Counted from the first letter of the stretch, positions 54,727-64,000 are shown. The stretch is DNA of 64,000 bases from Chitinophagaceae bacterium (GCA_043763635.1 JAYULK010000009.1:906-64905); one strand, 5' to 3'. Numbers and translations are program-made. The notes: generated by a model not told the origin, from the sequence alone.

Positions 54727-55680
54727 ATGCATCCTACTGCTAAAATTTTTTCTGGTACAGGTTCTCAACATTTAACTGAGCTCATTTGTAAACGTTACGG
54801 ATGCCAACAGGGAAAGATCAATATCCAGCGTTTTAGTGATGGAGAAATTCAACCTGTTTTTACTGAAAGTATCAGGGGCGATATGGTGTTTCTTATTCAA
54901 AGCACTCATTCACCGGCAGATAATTTTATGGAATTACTGTTGATGATAGATGCTGCACGCCGTGCCTCCGCTAATAAGATCATTGCAGTCATTCCTTATT
55001 ACGGTTATTCCCGTCAGGATCGTAAAGACCGCCCCCGTGTAGCTATAGGCAGCAAGCTGGTAGCAAATATGCTTGTTGCAGCAGGCGCTGACCGGGTTAT
55101 TACAATGGATCTTCATGCCCCACAAATTCAAGGTTACTTCGATATTCCTGTTGACCACCTTGACAGCTCCGCTGTTTTTATACCTTATATAACACAACTG
55201 AAACTGGAAAACCTTACTTTTGCCGCCCCTGATGTGGGAGCAACAAACCGCATAAGGGAAATTGCCAGTTATTTTAACGCTGAAATGGTGATATGCGATA
55301 AGCACCGGAAACGTGCTAATGAAATTGCGAGCATGGTGGTGATAGGAGATGTAACCAATAAAGACATTGTAATTATTGATGACATCTGTGATACTGCCGG
55401 AACATTGGCTAAAGCAGCCGATCTTTTAATAGAAAAAGGGGCAAGAAGTGTGAGGGCTATGGTAACGCATCCTGTATTAAGTGGCAACGCTTATGAAAAC
55501 ATTAGCAACAGTAAATTAGAAGAACTAGTTGTTTGTGACACCATACCAGTAAAATTGGAGCTTTCAGCCAAAATTAAAATTTTAACTGTAGCTGATTTGT
55601 TTGCTGTAGCCATACGCAATGCAAATGAAAACAAGAGCATAACCAGTTTGTTTATTCATTCGCAGCGTAGAGATAAGTAG
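54727..55680 (+). CDS. prs: Ribose-phosphate pyrophosphokinase
   Basis: 317-aa ORF. DLHAPQIQGYF and the PRPP-binding loop IIDDICDTAGT. Confidence 0.95.
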   Translation: MHPTAKIFSGTGSQHLTELICKRYGCQQGKINIQRFSDGEIQPVFTESIRGDMVFLIQSTHSPADNFMELLLMIDAARRASANKIIAVIPYYGYSRQDRKDRPRVAIGSKLVANMLVAAGADRVITMDLHAPQIQGYFDIPVDHLDSSAVFIPYITQLKLENLTFAAPDVGATNRIREIASYFNAEMVICDKHRKRANEIASMVVIGDVTNKDIVIIDDICDTAGTLAKAADLLIEKGARSVRAMVTHPVLSGNAYENISNSKLEELVVCDTIPVKLELSAKIKILTVADLFAVAIRNANENKSITSLFIHSQRRDK

Positions 55681-55793
55681 GAAATATGTAGATGGATTGA
55701 TGTGCAGATATGCAAATGAAGGAAGCACCATGATAGGCATATTCACCATTGACTAATGACAATTCACGAATTCAATTTTTTAAACACAATACA

Positions 55794-56384
55794 ATGAAGA
55801 CAATTACAATCGAAGGACAACTGAGGACCGAATTTGGTAAAGGAGCCACCCGCCAACTTCGCTCTCAGGAATTAGTGCCTGGTGTAATTTACGGGGGTGC
55901 CCAGGAAGTAAGTTTTGTTGCTTCTGCTAAGGCTTTTAAAAACCTTGTTTATACACCAAGTTTCCAGTTGGCAGATGTTTCTGTGGATGGTACAACTTAT
56001 CGTTGCATTTTGAAGGATCTTCAATTTGACAGGGTAAGCGACGAACTACTTCACGTTGATATGCTTGAATTAGTAGAAGACAAAAAAGTGATCGCCACTA
56101 TTCCACTGAAGTATGTAGGTACTGCTGTGGGTGTAAAGGGCGGCGGCCGTCTTGTAACAAAGATGAAGGCGCTAAAGATTAAAACATATCCCCGCTTTTT
56201 GCAAGAACAAATTGAAGTGAATGTGGAAGCTATGGAAGTAGGCGATAATGTTCGCGTACAGGATGTGGTTGTGGAAAATTACGAAGTGATGAACTCACCA
56301 CGTATTCCAATTGCATCTGTAGTAACTACCCGTGCTTTGCGCCAGGAAGAAGCTACAACAGCAACACCGGCTAAAAAGAAGTAA
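55794..56384 (+). CDS. rplY: 50S ribosomal protein L25 / general stress protein Ctc
   Basis: Start at the ATG at 55794 (MKTITIEGQLR). L25 N-terminal domain (VPGVIYGG) plus a Ctc-type C-terminal domain. Confidence 0.9.
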   Translation: MKTITIEGQLRTEFGKGATRQLRSQELVPGVIYGGAQEVSFVASAKAFKNLVYTPSFQLADVSVDGTTYRCILKDLQFDRVSDELLHVDMLELVEDKKVIATIPLKYVGTAVGVKGGGRLVTKMKALKIKTYPRFLQEQIEVNVEAMEVGDNVRVQDVVVENYEVMNSPRIPIASVVTTRALRQEEATTATPAKKK

Positions 56385-56410
56385 GGGTAGCTAAAAATTC
56401 TTTCAATAAG

Positions 56411-56439
56411 CCCATCACCTGTGTGATGGGTTTTATTTT
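56411..56439 (+). terminator. Rho-independent terminator after rplY
   Basis: cccatcac-ctgt-gtgatggg followed by ttttatttt. Confidence 0.75.
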
Positions 56440-56505
56440 GTAGTTAAGAAGCCTACGATAATTGTAGCGCAAGTATATTTATATAAATGTTGATTAAAGG
56501 CTGAT

Positions 56506-57081
56506 ATGAAATACCTGATCGTTGGTTTAGGAAATGTTGGCAATGAATATGCGCATACACGGCATAATATAGGCTTTGATGTAGCCTTTGCTTTTGCGGC
56601 CAAACACGGGGCACAATTAAAACAGGAAAGGCTTGCTTATTTTGCAGAAGTTCGCTGGAAGGGAAGAATATTTTACTGCATCTGTCCCACAACGTTTATG
56701 AACCTTAGTGGAAAAGCAGTCAAATATTGGATGGATAAGGAAAAAGTAGAACTTCAAAATGTTTTAGTTATTGTGGATGATCTTGCACTGCCATTAAATA
56801 AATTAAGAATCAGGCCCGGAGGTAGTGATGCCGGACATAATGGTTTAAAAAGCATACAGGAAATTTTAGGAACAACAGAATATCCAAAGTTGCGGTTTGG
56901 CATTGGAAATAACTATTCAAAAGGCAGGCAGATAGAATTTGTTTTGGGAAAATGGACAAGCGAAGAAGAGCCGCTGGTCAAAATAAAAATAGAAAAATCT
57001 GTGGAAGCAATTGAGAGCTTTTCTACTGTTGGAATTGCTGCTACAATGACTAAGATCAATAATGTTGATTTTACACTATGA
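56506..57081 (+). CDS. pth: Peptidyl-tRNA hydrolase
   Basis: 191-aa ORF. GLGNVGNEYAHTRHNIGF and GGSDAGHNGLKS motifs. Confidence 0.93.
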   Translation: MKYLIVGLGNVGNEYAHTRHNIGFDVAFAFAAKHGAQLKQERLAYFAEVRWKGRIFYCICPTTFMNLSGKAVKYWMDKEKVELQNVLVIVDDLALPLNKLRIRPGGSDAGHNGLKSIQEILGTTEYPKLRFGIGNNYSKGRQIEFVLGKWTSEEEPLVKIKIEKSVEAIESFSTVGIAATMTKINNVDFTL

Positions 57082-57223
57082 CAACTCCGTGTAAATACTT
57101 ACTTTAGCAACTCTGTCAGAATAAGCCCATTTTCCAATCCAATTTTATCTGAAAAACTAAAGGCAAATGGATATTTGATCCGTTTATTTAACCTAATGTA
57201 TTTACATTAAAACCACCTTCTTT

Positions 57224-57835
57224 ATGAAGATATTTTGCGTAGGCCGTAATTATGCAGATCATGCAACTGAGTTAGGTAATGATATACCCGATGAGCCGGT
57301 AATTTTTATGAAGCCGAAAAGTGCTTTACTTCAGCCACATACTCCTTTTTACTACCCTGAGTTTACCAACGAACTTCATTACGAAGGAGAACTTGTATTA
57401 CGTGTTTCCAAAAACGGCAAGTACATACAAGATAAGTTTGCAAACAAGTATTACGACGCGGTAACGGTTGGTATTGATTTTACCGCAAGAGATATTCAAA
57501 ATGAATTGAAAGAAAAAGGCTTACCCTGGGAAAAAGCAAAAGCCTGGGATAATTCTGCTGCTATTGGTAAATGGGTTCCATTCACTAATCTGAAAAATAA
57601 AAAAGAAATCAATTTTGGTTTGTATAAAAACAAAGAGCTGGTTCAGCAAGGTAGCAGCAAAGACATGATCTTTGATTTTGATTATATCATTTCTTATATC
57701 TCCAACTTCTTTTCTGTAAACATTGGCGATCTTATTTTTACAGGCACTCCTGCAGGGGTGGGTGAATTAGTTGTAGGTGATGAACTGGAAGGATTTTTAG
57801 CAGAAGAAAGTTTATTTGCTCTTGAGGTGAAGTAA
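57224..57835 (+). CDS. Fumarylacetoacetate hydrolase (FAH) family protein
   Basis: 203-aa ORF. KIFCVGRNYADHA, HYEGELV and FTGTPAGVG motifs. Confidence 0.85.
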   Translation: MKIFCVGRNYADHATELGNDIPDEPVIFMKPKSALLQPHTPFYYPEFTNELHYEGELVLRVSKNGKYIQDKFANKYYDAVTVGIDFTARDIQNELKEKGLPWEKAKAWDNSAAIGKWVPFTNLKNKKEINFGLYKNKELVQQGSSKDMIFDFDYIISYISNFFSVNIGDLIFTGTPAGVGELVVGDELEGFLAEESLFALEVK

Positions 57836-57857
57836 GAGTTGATAAATAATTTAAGAA

Positions 57858-57885
57858 CCATTCCACAGACGGAATGGCTTTTTTT
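57858..57885 (+). terminator. Rho-independent terminator after the FAH gene
   Basis: ccattcc-acagac-ggaatgg followed by cttttttt. Confidence 0.7.
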
Positions 57886-58018
57886 ATGCTTCAGTAAAAC
57901 TGTTTTTTATCATTAGATATTAAGGATCCCTTTTGCTACATTCTCTTTGCAACCTCTAATACAATTCATACCTTATTTGCTTCAGTTCAGGCATCTGAAA
58001 GTTCACTCATCTTATAGC

Positions 58019-58265
58019 CTAACTCCCTGCAGGATTATTGTGGTGATTTAAAACAATCATGTTCCCGGAATTGCATTTTTCCACCCCTTCTTTTTCTGTT
58101 CCAAACCATATATTGCCAGAAGTATCTTCATCAATTGGGCTGATCATGGCTCCATTAAAAATGTCGGGTGTTAGCTTTTAAAAAGTTTTTTTCGGTGATT
58201 GATACACCCACGCTTCCCCCTTCCAATGTCATCCAAAGCTTGCCGGGTTTTTTATTAATGGCCAT
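58019..58265 (-). pseudogene. Relic of a beta-propeller (two-component-regulator propeller-like) sensor gene
   Basis: Two short minus-strand reading frames separated by a frameshift: MAINKKPGKLWMTLEGGSVGVSITEKNF... and ...ISPIDEDTSGNIWFGTEKEGVEKCNSGNM.... Both carry the D-x-x-G-x-(I/L)-W-x-(G)T-x-x-G pattern of Reg_prop repeats. Confidence 0.3.
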
Positions 58266-58318
58266 ATCCTTCCGGTTACTCTGGCAATTTCAGATTTGAT
58301 TATATGGCCTTGGAATAC

Positions 58319-59176
58319 TTATGCAGCAAAACTCTTATCCACCTTCTTTCTATACCCCGAAGGTGTAACTCCTTTAATTCTTAAAAACTGCCTGTTGAAA
58401 TTAGCGACTGTATTAAAGCCGCTCTCAAAGCATATTTCCAGAATGCTCATTTGTGAGGTTAGCAGTTGTTTGCACGAATATCCAATACGTACTTCGTTCA
58501 CAAAATCAATGTATGTTTTTTTAGTGCGCTTTTTAAAATAACTGCAAAAAGCAGGAACGCTCATACTGGCAATATAGGCCACTGCAGAAAGTTTGATAGG
58601 CTCTCTAAAATTTTCCATGGTGTAATGAAAGATGCGTTCTATTCGTTCGCTATCCCGCTGGTTGAGCGATTTTATTTCCTGGGTAGAAACAGACTCGTAT
58701 TCTTCTGATTCAGCAAGTATCGTAAGGCACTGACAAAGATGAATAATACGCCAGAAGCCTTTATCTTTTTCAATAGACTGGATCCAGGGCTTCATTGACT
58801 CTTTAGATTCTCCGCAAACTTTTAGCCCATGTGCCGAGGTTTTTAATAATTTTTTCAGGTCTTTGCTTTCGGGGAGTTTTAATAATTCCTGCCCCCAAAA
58901 ATCTTCTTTAAAATGAATGACAACCGCTGATGTAACTAACTCCGGATGACTTTTTTGAAAAGTATGCGGTACGTTAGAACCAAGAAAATAAATATCACCG
59001 GTCTCAAACTCCCCTACGTGGTTACCAATAAAACTAAGGCCGGCGCCTTCGGTAAAAAGTATTAATTCATACTCTATGTGCTGATGCCATGGTACTTCAA
59101 AATGGGGCGTCCGGTGCGTACTTGCTACAAAAGAATGGTCTTCTGAAAGAGGCAGTTTTTCAATGAGTGGTTTCAT
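58319..59176 (-). CDS. AraC-family transcriptional regulator (cupin sensor plus HTH)
   Basis: 285-aa ORF. N-terminal cupin-like region (HQHIEYELILFTEG) and a C-terminal double HTH (GFNTVANFNRQFLRIKGVTPSGYR). Divergent from xylB. Confidence 0.85.
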   Translation of the reverse strand: MKPLIEKLPLSEDHSFVASTHRTPHFEVPWHQHIEYELILFTEGAGLSFIGNHVGEFETGDIYFLGSNVPHTFQKSHPELVTSAVVIHFKEDFWGQELLKLPESKDLKKLLKTSAHGLKVCGESKESMKPWIQSIEKDKGFWRIIHLCQCLTILAESEEYESVSTQEIKSLNQRDSERIERIFHYTMENFREPIKLSAVAYIASMSVPAFCSYFKKRTKKTYIDFVNEVRIGYSCKQLLTSQMSILEICFESGFNTVANFNRQFLRIKGVTPSGYRKKVDKSFAA

Positions 59177-59354
59177 AAACTATATTAAGTATCTGCTATA
59201 ATAAAGCTATTCTTTTTTATTAAAATAGTATATGTTTTGCTTAATAAAGTAGTAGTTCAATCTTTAAGAACGATTTAAATTGCTTATTGAAACCAGCTTG
59301 TCAAGAATTACATTGGTAATCATTTGTCTTGCTCCCTTATCAAATTATCACTCC

Positions 59355-60884
59355 ATGTTATTATTAGGAATTGATTTAGGTACATCTTCCATTAAAATTT
59401 CTGTAGTAGACGGCGCTTCACAGCAATGCATTGCATCGGCACAATACCCTGATAGCGAAACGGAAATAATTTCGGTACAAACCGGCTGGGCGGAACAGTC
59501 ACCTGACAAATGGTGGAACGACGTTCAGGAAGGAATTAAAAGAGTAGCTGAGTCCGGGCAATTTAACTCAAGAGATATTGGAGCGATAGGTATATCATAC
59601 CAAATGCATGGTTTGGTGCTGCTTGATAAAAAAGGCGAAGTGCTACGAAATAGTATTATCTGGTGTGATAGCCGTGCAGTGTCTTACGGTGATAACGCTT
59701 TTAAGAATATCGGGGAAAGCGAATGTCTTGGCTGCCTCTTAAATTCTCCGGGCAATTTCACGGCTTCCAAACTTGCATGGGTAAAAGAAAACGAGCCGCA
59801 GATATACCAACAAATTGATAAGATCATGTTGCCGGGTGATTTCATCGCCCAACGATTAACGGGCACTATTACCACTTCCGCATCTGCTTTATCTGAAGGC
59901 ATTTTATGGAACTTTCGCGAAGGCAAAATTTCAGAAGAAGTAATGAATGAATTTGGCTTTGATAAAAGCCTGATTCCACCGGTGCAGGACGTCTTTTCTG
60001 ACCACGGCAGATTATCTGCAGAAGCAGCAACAAGATTATCATTAACCGAAGGGATTCCGGTTACGTACAAAGCCGGCGATCAGCCAAACAATGCTTTATC
60101 GTTAAATGTTTTAGAACCAGGGGAAGTAGCGGCCACTGCCGGAACATCAGGTGTTATTTATGGTGTAAGTGATGAACTTACTTTCGATCCTCAATCAAGA
60201 GTCAACAGTTTTGCCCATGTAAATCATACAGATCGTCAAACGAGGGTTGGTGTATTATTATGTATCAATGGAACAGGCATTTTAAACCGGTGGATAAAAA
60301 CAACCACAGGTAGTAACATTTCTTATGATGGAATGAATGAGGCTGCAGCTTCTGTTGCTGCCGGAAGTGATGGTTTAGCAATGCTTCCTTTTGGTAACGG
60401 TGCTGAAAGAATTTTGAATAATAAAATTATAGGTGCTCATATTCATAATCTCGATTTTAATAAACATACTGCTGCACATTTATACCGTGCAGCACAAGAA
60501 GGAATTGCCTTTGCTTTCAGGTATGGGCTTGATATTATGAGGGAGAATGGTATGAACCCGCAGGTGATTCGTGCAGGTAAGTCGAACATGTTTTTGAGCG
60601 ATGTATTTACAACCGCTTTTGTAAATGCTACCGGCGTGCCGGTTGAGTTATATGATTGTGATGGAAGTGTGGGTGCTGCTTTAGGCGCCGGGATTGGGAT
60701 TGGGTTTTTTAAGAATGCTTCTGAAGCATTTAGCCGGAGAGAAGTATTGAGAACTGTTATTCCTGATAAAGCAGATATGTATAATGAGCTTTATGAACGT
60801 TGGAATAGTTACCTCACCCTGGCCCTCTCCAGCAAAGCCGGAGAGGGAACAGCACACAAAGCCAGAAGAACCAACATTCTTTAA
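59355..60884 (+). CDS. xylB: Xylulokinase (FGGY family)
   Basis: Start at the ATG at 59355 (MLLLGIDLGTSSIK). FGGY motifs. The last ~25 codons run through hairpin repeat H1. Confidence 0.9.
   Translation: MLLLGIDLGTSSIKISVVDGASQQCIASAQYPDSETEIISVQTGWAEQSPDKWWNDVQEGIKRVAESGQFNSRDIGAIGISYQMHGLVLLDKKGEVLRNSIIWCDSRAVSYGDNAFKNIGESECLGCLLNSPGNFTASKLAWVKENEPQIYQQIDKIMLPGDFIAQRLTGTITTSASALSEGILWNFREGKISEEVMNEFGFDKSLIPPVQDVFSDHGRLSAEAATRLSLTEGIPVTYKAGDQPNNALSLNVLEPGEVAATAGTSGVIYGVSDELTFDPQSRVNSFAHVNHTDRQTRVGVLLCINGTGILNRWIKTTTGSNISYDGMNEAAASVAAGSDGLAMLPFGNGAERILNNKIIGAHIHNLDFNKHTAAHLYRAAQEGIAFAFRYGLDIMRENGMNPQVIRAGKSNMFLSDVFTTAFVNATGVPVELYDCDGSVGAALGAGIGIGFFKNASEAFSRREVLRTVIPDKADMYNELYERWNSYLTLALSSKAGEGTAHKARRTNIL
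60833..60857 (+). repeat. Hairpin repeat H1 (CCCTCTCC-N9-GGAGAGGG, then AAC)
   Basis: Perfect 8-bp stem and 9-nt loop, inside the 3' end of the xylB ORF. Confidence 0.55.
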
Positions 60885-61041
60885 GGTTAGCTATTAGACT
60901 TTTGTCGGAGAAGCGTGAGTTTTATTGAATTAATTTATTCCTCAAAGCCCGTACAGCACCAAAAGAATAGTCCCTGATAAAAAAAAGATATGTAGTTGAA
61001 TTGTTAGTATTTAAGATGAAAAACGTTTTGGTATTTGGCCT

Positions 61042-61066
61042 CCTTCTCCGGGTCTCCTGGAGAAGG
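61042..61066 (+). repeat. Hairpin repeat H2 (CCTTCTCC-N9-GGAGAAGG, then AAC)
   Basis: Same architecture as H1. The one difference in the left arm (C to T) is matched by G to A in the right arm. Lies 12 nt before repeat copy E. Confidence 0.55.
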
Positions 61067-61078
61067 AACGAGGATGAG

Positions 61079-61147
61079 GTAATTACCGAACGTACAAGGG
61101 TGTGACACAACAGACGATCAATAGAATTACCATAGCCGGTAAACAAT
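61079..61147 (-). repeat. Dispersed intergenic repeat, copy E (reverse orientation)
   Basis: Shares the 17-mer aattaccgaacgtacaa with the reverse complement of copy A. By hand count, 29 of 37 positions match across the core-to-arm segment. Ends 96 nt upstream of the xylA ATG. Confidence 0.7.
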
Positions 61148-61243
61148 AAGAAAAGAATAAAAAGAAAATTATTCAATGCTAATTGTACAAAAGCACTTTC
61201 CCATATCACTATAACTACAAACTATAAACTTTAAATTTCAATT

Positions 61244-62572
61244 ATGTCAGTTGTATTAGGTAACAAAGAATACTTTAAGGGCATTAGTCAAATTAAATAT
61301 GAAGGGCTCCAAAGCGATAATCCTTTTGCTTTTCGTTGGTATGACGAAAACAAAATAATAGCGGGCAAAAAAATGAAAGACCATTTCAAATTTGCCTGTG
61401 CTTACTGGCATTCTTTTAATGGTGCAGGTACCGATCCCTTTGGCGGACCAACACACATCTTTGCATGGGATGCAGCCGCTGACCCGATACAAAGGGCAAA
61501 AGATAAAATGGATGCTGCCTTTGAATTCATTACAAAAATGAATCTTCCTTATTATTGCTTTCATGATGTGGATGTAGTGGATTATACGAACGACGTGGCG
61601 GATAATGAAAGACGATTAGGGGCACTGGTAGAATATGCCAAACAAAAGCAAAAGGAGAGTGGTGTTAAATTATTATGGGGAACTGCAAATTTATTTTCGC
61701 ACATGCGCTACATGAATGGTGCTTCAACAAACCCTGATTTTAATGTATTGGCGCATGCAGGTGCACAGGTAAAAACGGCTCTTGATGCTACCATTGCACT
61801 GGGCGGTGAGAACTATGTTTTTTGGGGGGGAAGAGAAGGATATATGAGTTTGCTGAATACAAATATGAAACGTGAGCAGGAGCACATGGCACGCTTTCTT
61901 CATACCGCGAAAGATTATGCCCGCAAGCAGGGTTTTAAAGGCACATTCTTTATTGAACCTAAACCGGCTGAACCTTCCAAGCATCAATACGATTATGATT
62001 GTGCCACGGTTATTAATTTTCTTCGCGAGAATGATTTAATCAATGATTTTAAAATAAATGTGGAAGTAAATCATGCAACGCTTGCAGGCCATACGTTTAC
62101 CCACGAGTTGCAGGTAGCTGCTGACAATGGCGTGCTGGGATCAATAGATGCTAACCGTGGTGATTACCAAAACGGATGGGATACCGATCAGTTTCCGAAT
62201 GACATCAATGAGTTGACGGAAGCAATGCTGGTGATAGTAGAAGCTGGTGGCTTACAGGGTGGCGGTGTAAATTTCGATGCGAAGATTAGGAGAAACTCTA
62301 CGGATCAATCAGACTTGTTTTATGCCCATATTGGGGGAATGGATTTGTTTGCAAGAGCCCTGGTTACTGCCGATAATATTCTTCAAAAATCAGATTTTAA
62401 AAAGATGAGAGAAGAACGTTATAGCTCATTTGACAGCAGCAAGGGAAAAGAATTTGAAGCAGGCAAACTGTCTTTAGAGGATTTAAGAACTTATGCCATT
62501 GAAAATGGTGAACCTGAAACAAGAAGCGGAAAGCAGGAATGGTTTGAGAATGTAATAAACCGATATATTTAA
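61244..62572 (+). CDS. xylA: Xylose isomerase
   Basis: 442-aa [18 protein letters not shown] and FFIEPKP motifs. Confidence 0.95.
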   Translation: MSVVLGNKEYFKGISQIKYEGLQSDNPFAFRWYDENKIIAGKKMKDHFKFACAYWHSFNGAGTDPFGGPTHIFAWDAAADPIQRAKDKMDAAFEFITKMNLPYYCFHDVDVVDYTNDVADNERRLGALVEYAKQKQKESGVKLLWGTANLFSHMRYMNGASTNPDFNVLAHAGAQVKTALDATIALGGENYVFWGGREGYMSLLNTNMKREQEHMARFLHTAKDYARKQGFKGTFFIEPKPAEPSKHQYDYDCATVINFLRENDLINDFKINVEVNHATLAGHTFTHELQVAADNGVLGSIDANRGDYQNGWDTDQFPNDINELTEAMLVIVEAGGLQGGGVNFDAKIRRNSTDQSDLFYAHIGGMDLFARALVTADNILQKSDFKKMREERYSSFDSSKGKEFEAGKLSLEDLRTYAIENGEPETRSGKQEWFENVINRYI

Positions 62573-62587
62573 AGATTTTAAAAGTAG

Positions 62588-62614
62588 AGCGCCTCTTTTT
62601 GAGGCGCTTTTTTT
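62588..62614 (+). terminator. Rho-independent terminator after xylA
   Basis: agcgcctc-ttttt-gaggcgct followed by tttttt. Confidence 0.8.
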
Positions 62615-62716
62615 ATGCCTGTCGGTTAAAAATCAATAAGTTATTGTAGCTATTTTTATTAGTCTACTAATTTTATATAGAATAATTTGGTGGGCAAGAA
62701 AGAGCGTCCTAGTTTT

Positions 62717-62735
62717 GTCTACCAAATTGGTAGAC
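62717..62735. promoter_or_regulatory. 19-bp palindrome GTCTACCAA-A-TTGGTAGAC (candidate operator)
   Basis: Perfect 9-bp arms around a single central base, 262 nt upstream of the TonB-dependent receptor ATG. A weaker related inverted repeat lies at 62662-62695. Confidence 0.3.
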
Positions 62736-62996
62736 TATGTATCGAGACTCATCTCTCTTTCCTCTCTTTCTCGAGTTAATTCAGTTCAGCCCCTGTTGTA
62801 GGGCTTTGTTTCAAACTAAATTATGCCCTCAATTAATTTAAGAAGCAAGACCAGATTTTCATTAAACCCCTACAAAATGAACATACTTAAGGACAGCCTT
62901 AACCAGAAAAGAAGATTAGAAGAATTTCAAAGAACAAACCTTAACGCTACTAACAATATTTTTTCTAAAAATCAATATATCAACCCGACAACTTCC

Positions 62997-64000
62997 ATGA
63001 CACGACTTATTTTATTTACTGCATTTCTTTTGCCTTTGCTGGCTTCAGCGCAACTTAGAGGACGCGTTATCAATGAGAGAAATGGTGCTATTCCATATGC
63101 AAGCATTGCAATCAAAAATTCTTCAGTAGGTACTACCAGTGATTCAACCGGGCATTTTACAATTGCTAATGAACAGAAATTTCCTTTTGTTTTAGTTGTT
63201 ACATCAGTAGGTTTCAGGCCTAATGAATTGGTTGTAAAAAACAGCAATGTAAATGATGTTACCATCCTCCTTGAGGCTTTATTTCAAAGAGATACCGTAG
63301 TAATCACTTCAAGACGCCGCAGAGAGGTGTTGCAGGATGTGCCGATTGCTATCTCCGTAATAGGCGGATCTCAAGTAGATGAAGCAGGAGCCTTCAATGT
63401 AACCCGCATAAAGGAAATCATTCCATCCGTTCAAATGTACTCATCAAACCCTCGAAACACGGGCGTAAATATTCGCGGCACAGGTGCTCCATTTGGCCTT
63501 ACCAATGATGGCCTTGATCCTGGAGTTGGTTTTTATATTGATGGTGTGTATATAGCACGGCCTGCTGCAGCCACCCTTGATTTTATTGATGTAGAGCAAA
63601 TTGAAGTATTGCGTGGTCCACAGGGAACACTGTTTGGTAAAAACACAACTTCGGGTGCTTTTAATATTACAACGAGGAAGCCTAGTTTTAAGTCCGGCGC
63701 CACCTTTGAGGCAAGCTATGGCAACTATGGATTTATACAGGCAAAGGCTTCAATAACGGGACCTTTAACTAAAAAGATTGCTGCACGCCTTTCGTTTTCA
63801 GGCACACAGCGTAATGGTACGATATATAATATTCGTACTTTGAAACATGTAAACGACATCAACAATTCTGGTTTTAAAGGCCAGATATTATACAAGCCTT
63901 CCTCCAATGTTGCTATTACTTTTTCCGGCGATTATTCCACGCAACGACCCGATGGCTATGCACAAGTAGTTGCAGGGGTTGTGCAAACAAAGCGGGCTGG
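62997..64000 (+). CDS. TonB-dependent receptor (5' part; runs off the window end)
   Basis: Hand translation from the ATG at 62997: MTRLILFTAFLLPLLASAQ signal, CarboxypepD_reg-like RGRVINERNGAIPYASIAI, and plug motifs (VVITSRRRREVLQDVPIAISV, IEVLRGPQGTLFGKNT). Open to position 64000. Not in the ORF track because it has no stop. Confidence 0.85.
   Translation, partial: MTRLILFTAFLLPLLASAQLRGRVINERNGAIPYASIAIKNSSVGTTSDSTGHFTIANEQKFPFVLVVTSVGFRPNELVVKNSNVNDVTILLEALFQRDTVVITSRRRREVLQDVPIAISVIGGSQVDEAGAFNVTRIKEIIPSVQMYSSNPRNTGVNIRGTGAPFGLTNDGLDPGVGFYIDGVYIARPAAATLDFIDVEQIEVLRGPQGTLFGKNTTSGAFNITTRKPSFKSGATFEASYGNYGFIQAKASITGPLTKKIAARLSFSGTQRNGTIYNIRTLKHVNDINNSGFKGQILYKPSSNVAITFSGDYSTQRPDGYAQVVAGVVQTKRA

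Noticed and set aside
59294-59350. Possible sixth, degenerate copy of the dispersed repeat just upstream of the xylB ATG (ccagcttgtcaagaattacattggtaatcatttgtcttgc).
   Set aside because: Aligning it needs an insertion of about 12 nt, and it lacks the TTGCGTCGCACA core. The similarity is too weak to call by eye.
60922-61209. 95-aa minus-strand ORF filling the xylB-xylA spacer.
   Set aside because: It is assembled from hairpin H2 and repeat copy E read in frame. It shows no motif and no plausible start context.
62823-62996. In-frame 58-codon upstream extension of the TonB-dependent receptor (MPSINLRSKTRF...).
   Set aside because: A textbook signal peptide begins at the ATG at 62997. The extension is hydrophilic with no STN-like or other domain pattern.
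1-64000. Searched by eye for tRNA or rRNA genes, CRISPR arrays, transposases, integrases, phage genes and toxin-antitoxin or defence modules.
   Set aside because: None recognised. The intergenic regions are short and are accounted for by terminators, promoter boxes and the repeats listed. tRNAscan-SE, Infernal and defence-system HMMs would be needed to exclude small or divergent examples.

Overview
The window reads as a Bacteroidota-type chromosomal segment, probably Chitinophagales- or Sphingobacteriales-like. The evidence is a SusC/SusD pair, TAnnTTTG -7 boxes, no obvious Shine-Dalgarno sites, a DUF4293-type gene and AT-rich intergenic DNA. All calls come from reading the ORF translations and the DNA by eye; no searches were run, so family names rest on recognised motifs.

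Most of the window is densely packed housekeeping genes: metG, uvrA, glyA, guaB, folD, queE, purQ, prs, rplY, pth, dprA, radC, kup, a FadN-like beta-oxidation enzyme and DsbD. It also holds an xylose module (AraC regulator, xylB, xylA), a SusC/SusD/lipoprotein trio and a partial TonB-dependent receptor at the 3' edge. I recognised no rRNA, tRNA, CRISPR array, transposase or integrase.

Observations worth a second look:
1. A complete nine-gene chemosensory operon (STAS-cheY-cheA-cheW-mcp-mcp-cheR-cheD-cheB, 3125-12100) with no flagellar context and no recognisable output domain.
2. A dispersed intergenic repeat of about 70 nt, with five copies in both orientations. Four of them sit within 100 nt upstream of start codons (metG, glyA, guaB, xylA).
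3. A translationally coupled pair of exported proteins, one of which fuses a ComEA-like HhH module to a large beta-rich body, 4.6 kb from dprA.
4. A nine-unit heptanucleotide microsatellite, (GTAKGAG)9, 13 nt upstream of a start codon.
5. Two related hairpin repeats in and after the xylB 3' end that differ by a compensatory base-pair change.
6. Smaller oddities: a signal-less minimal metzincin, a DsbD whose N-terminal domain has lost both cysteines next to a stand-alone copy that kept them, a small cationic secreted peptide, and a relic of a propeller-type sensor.
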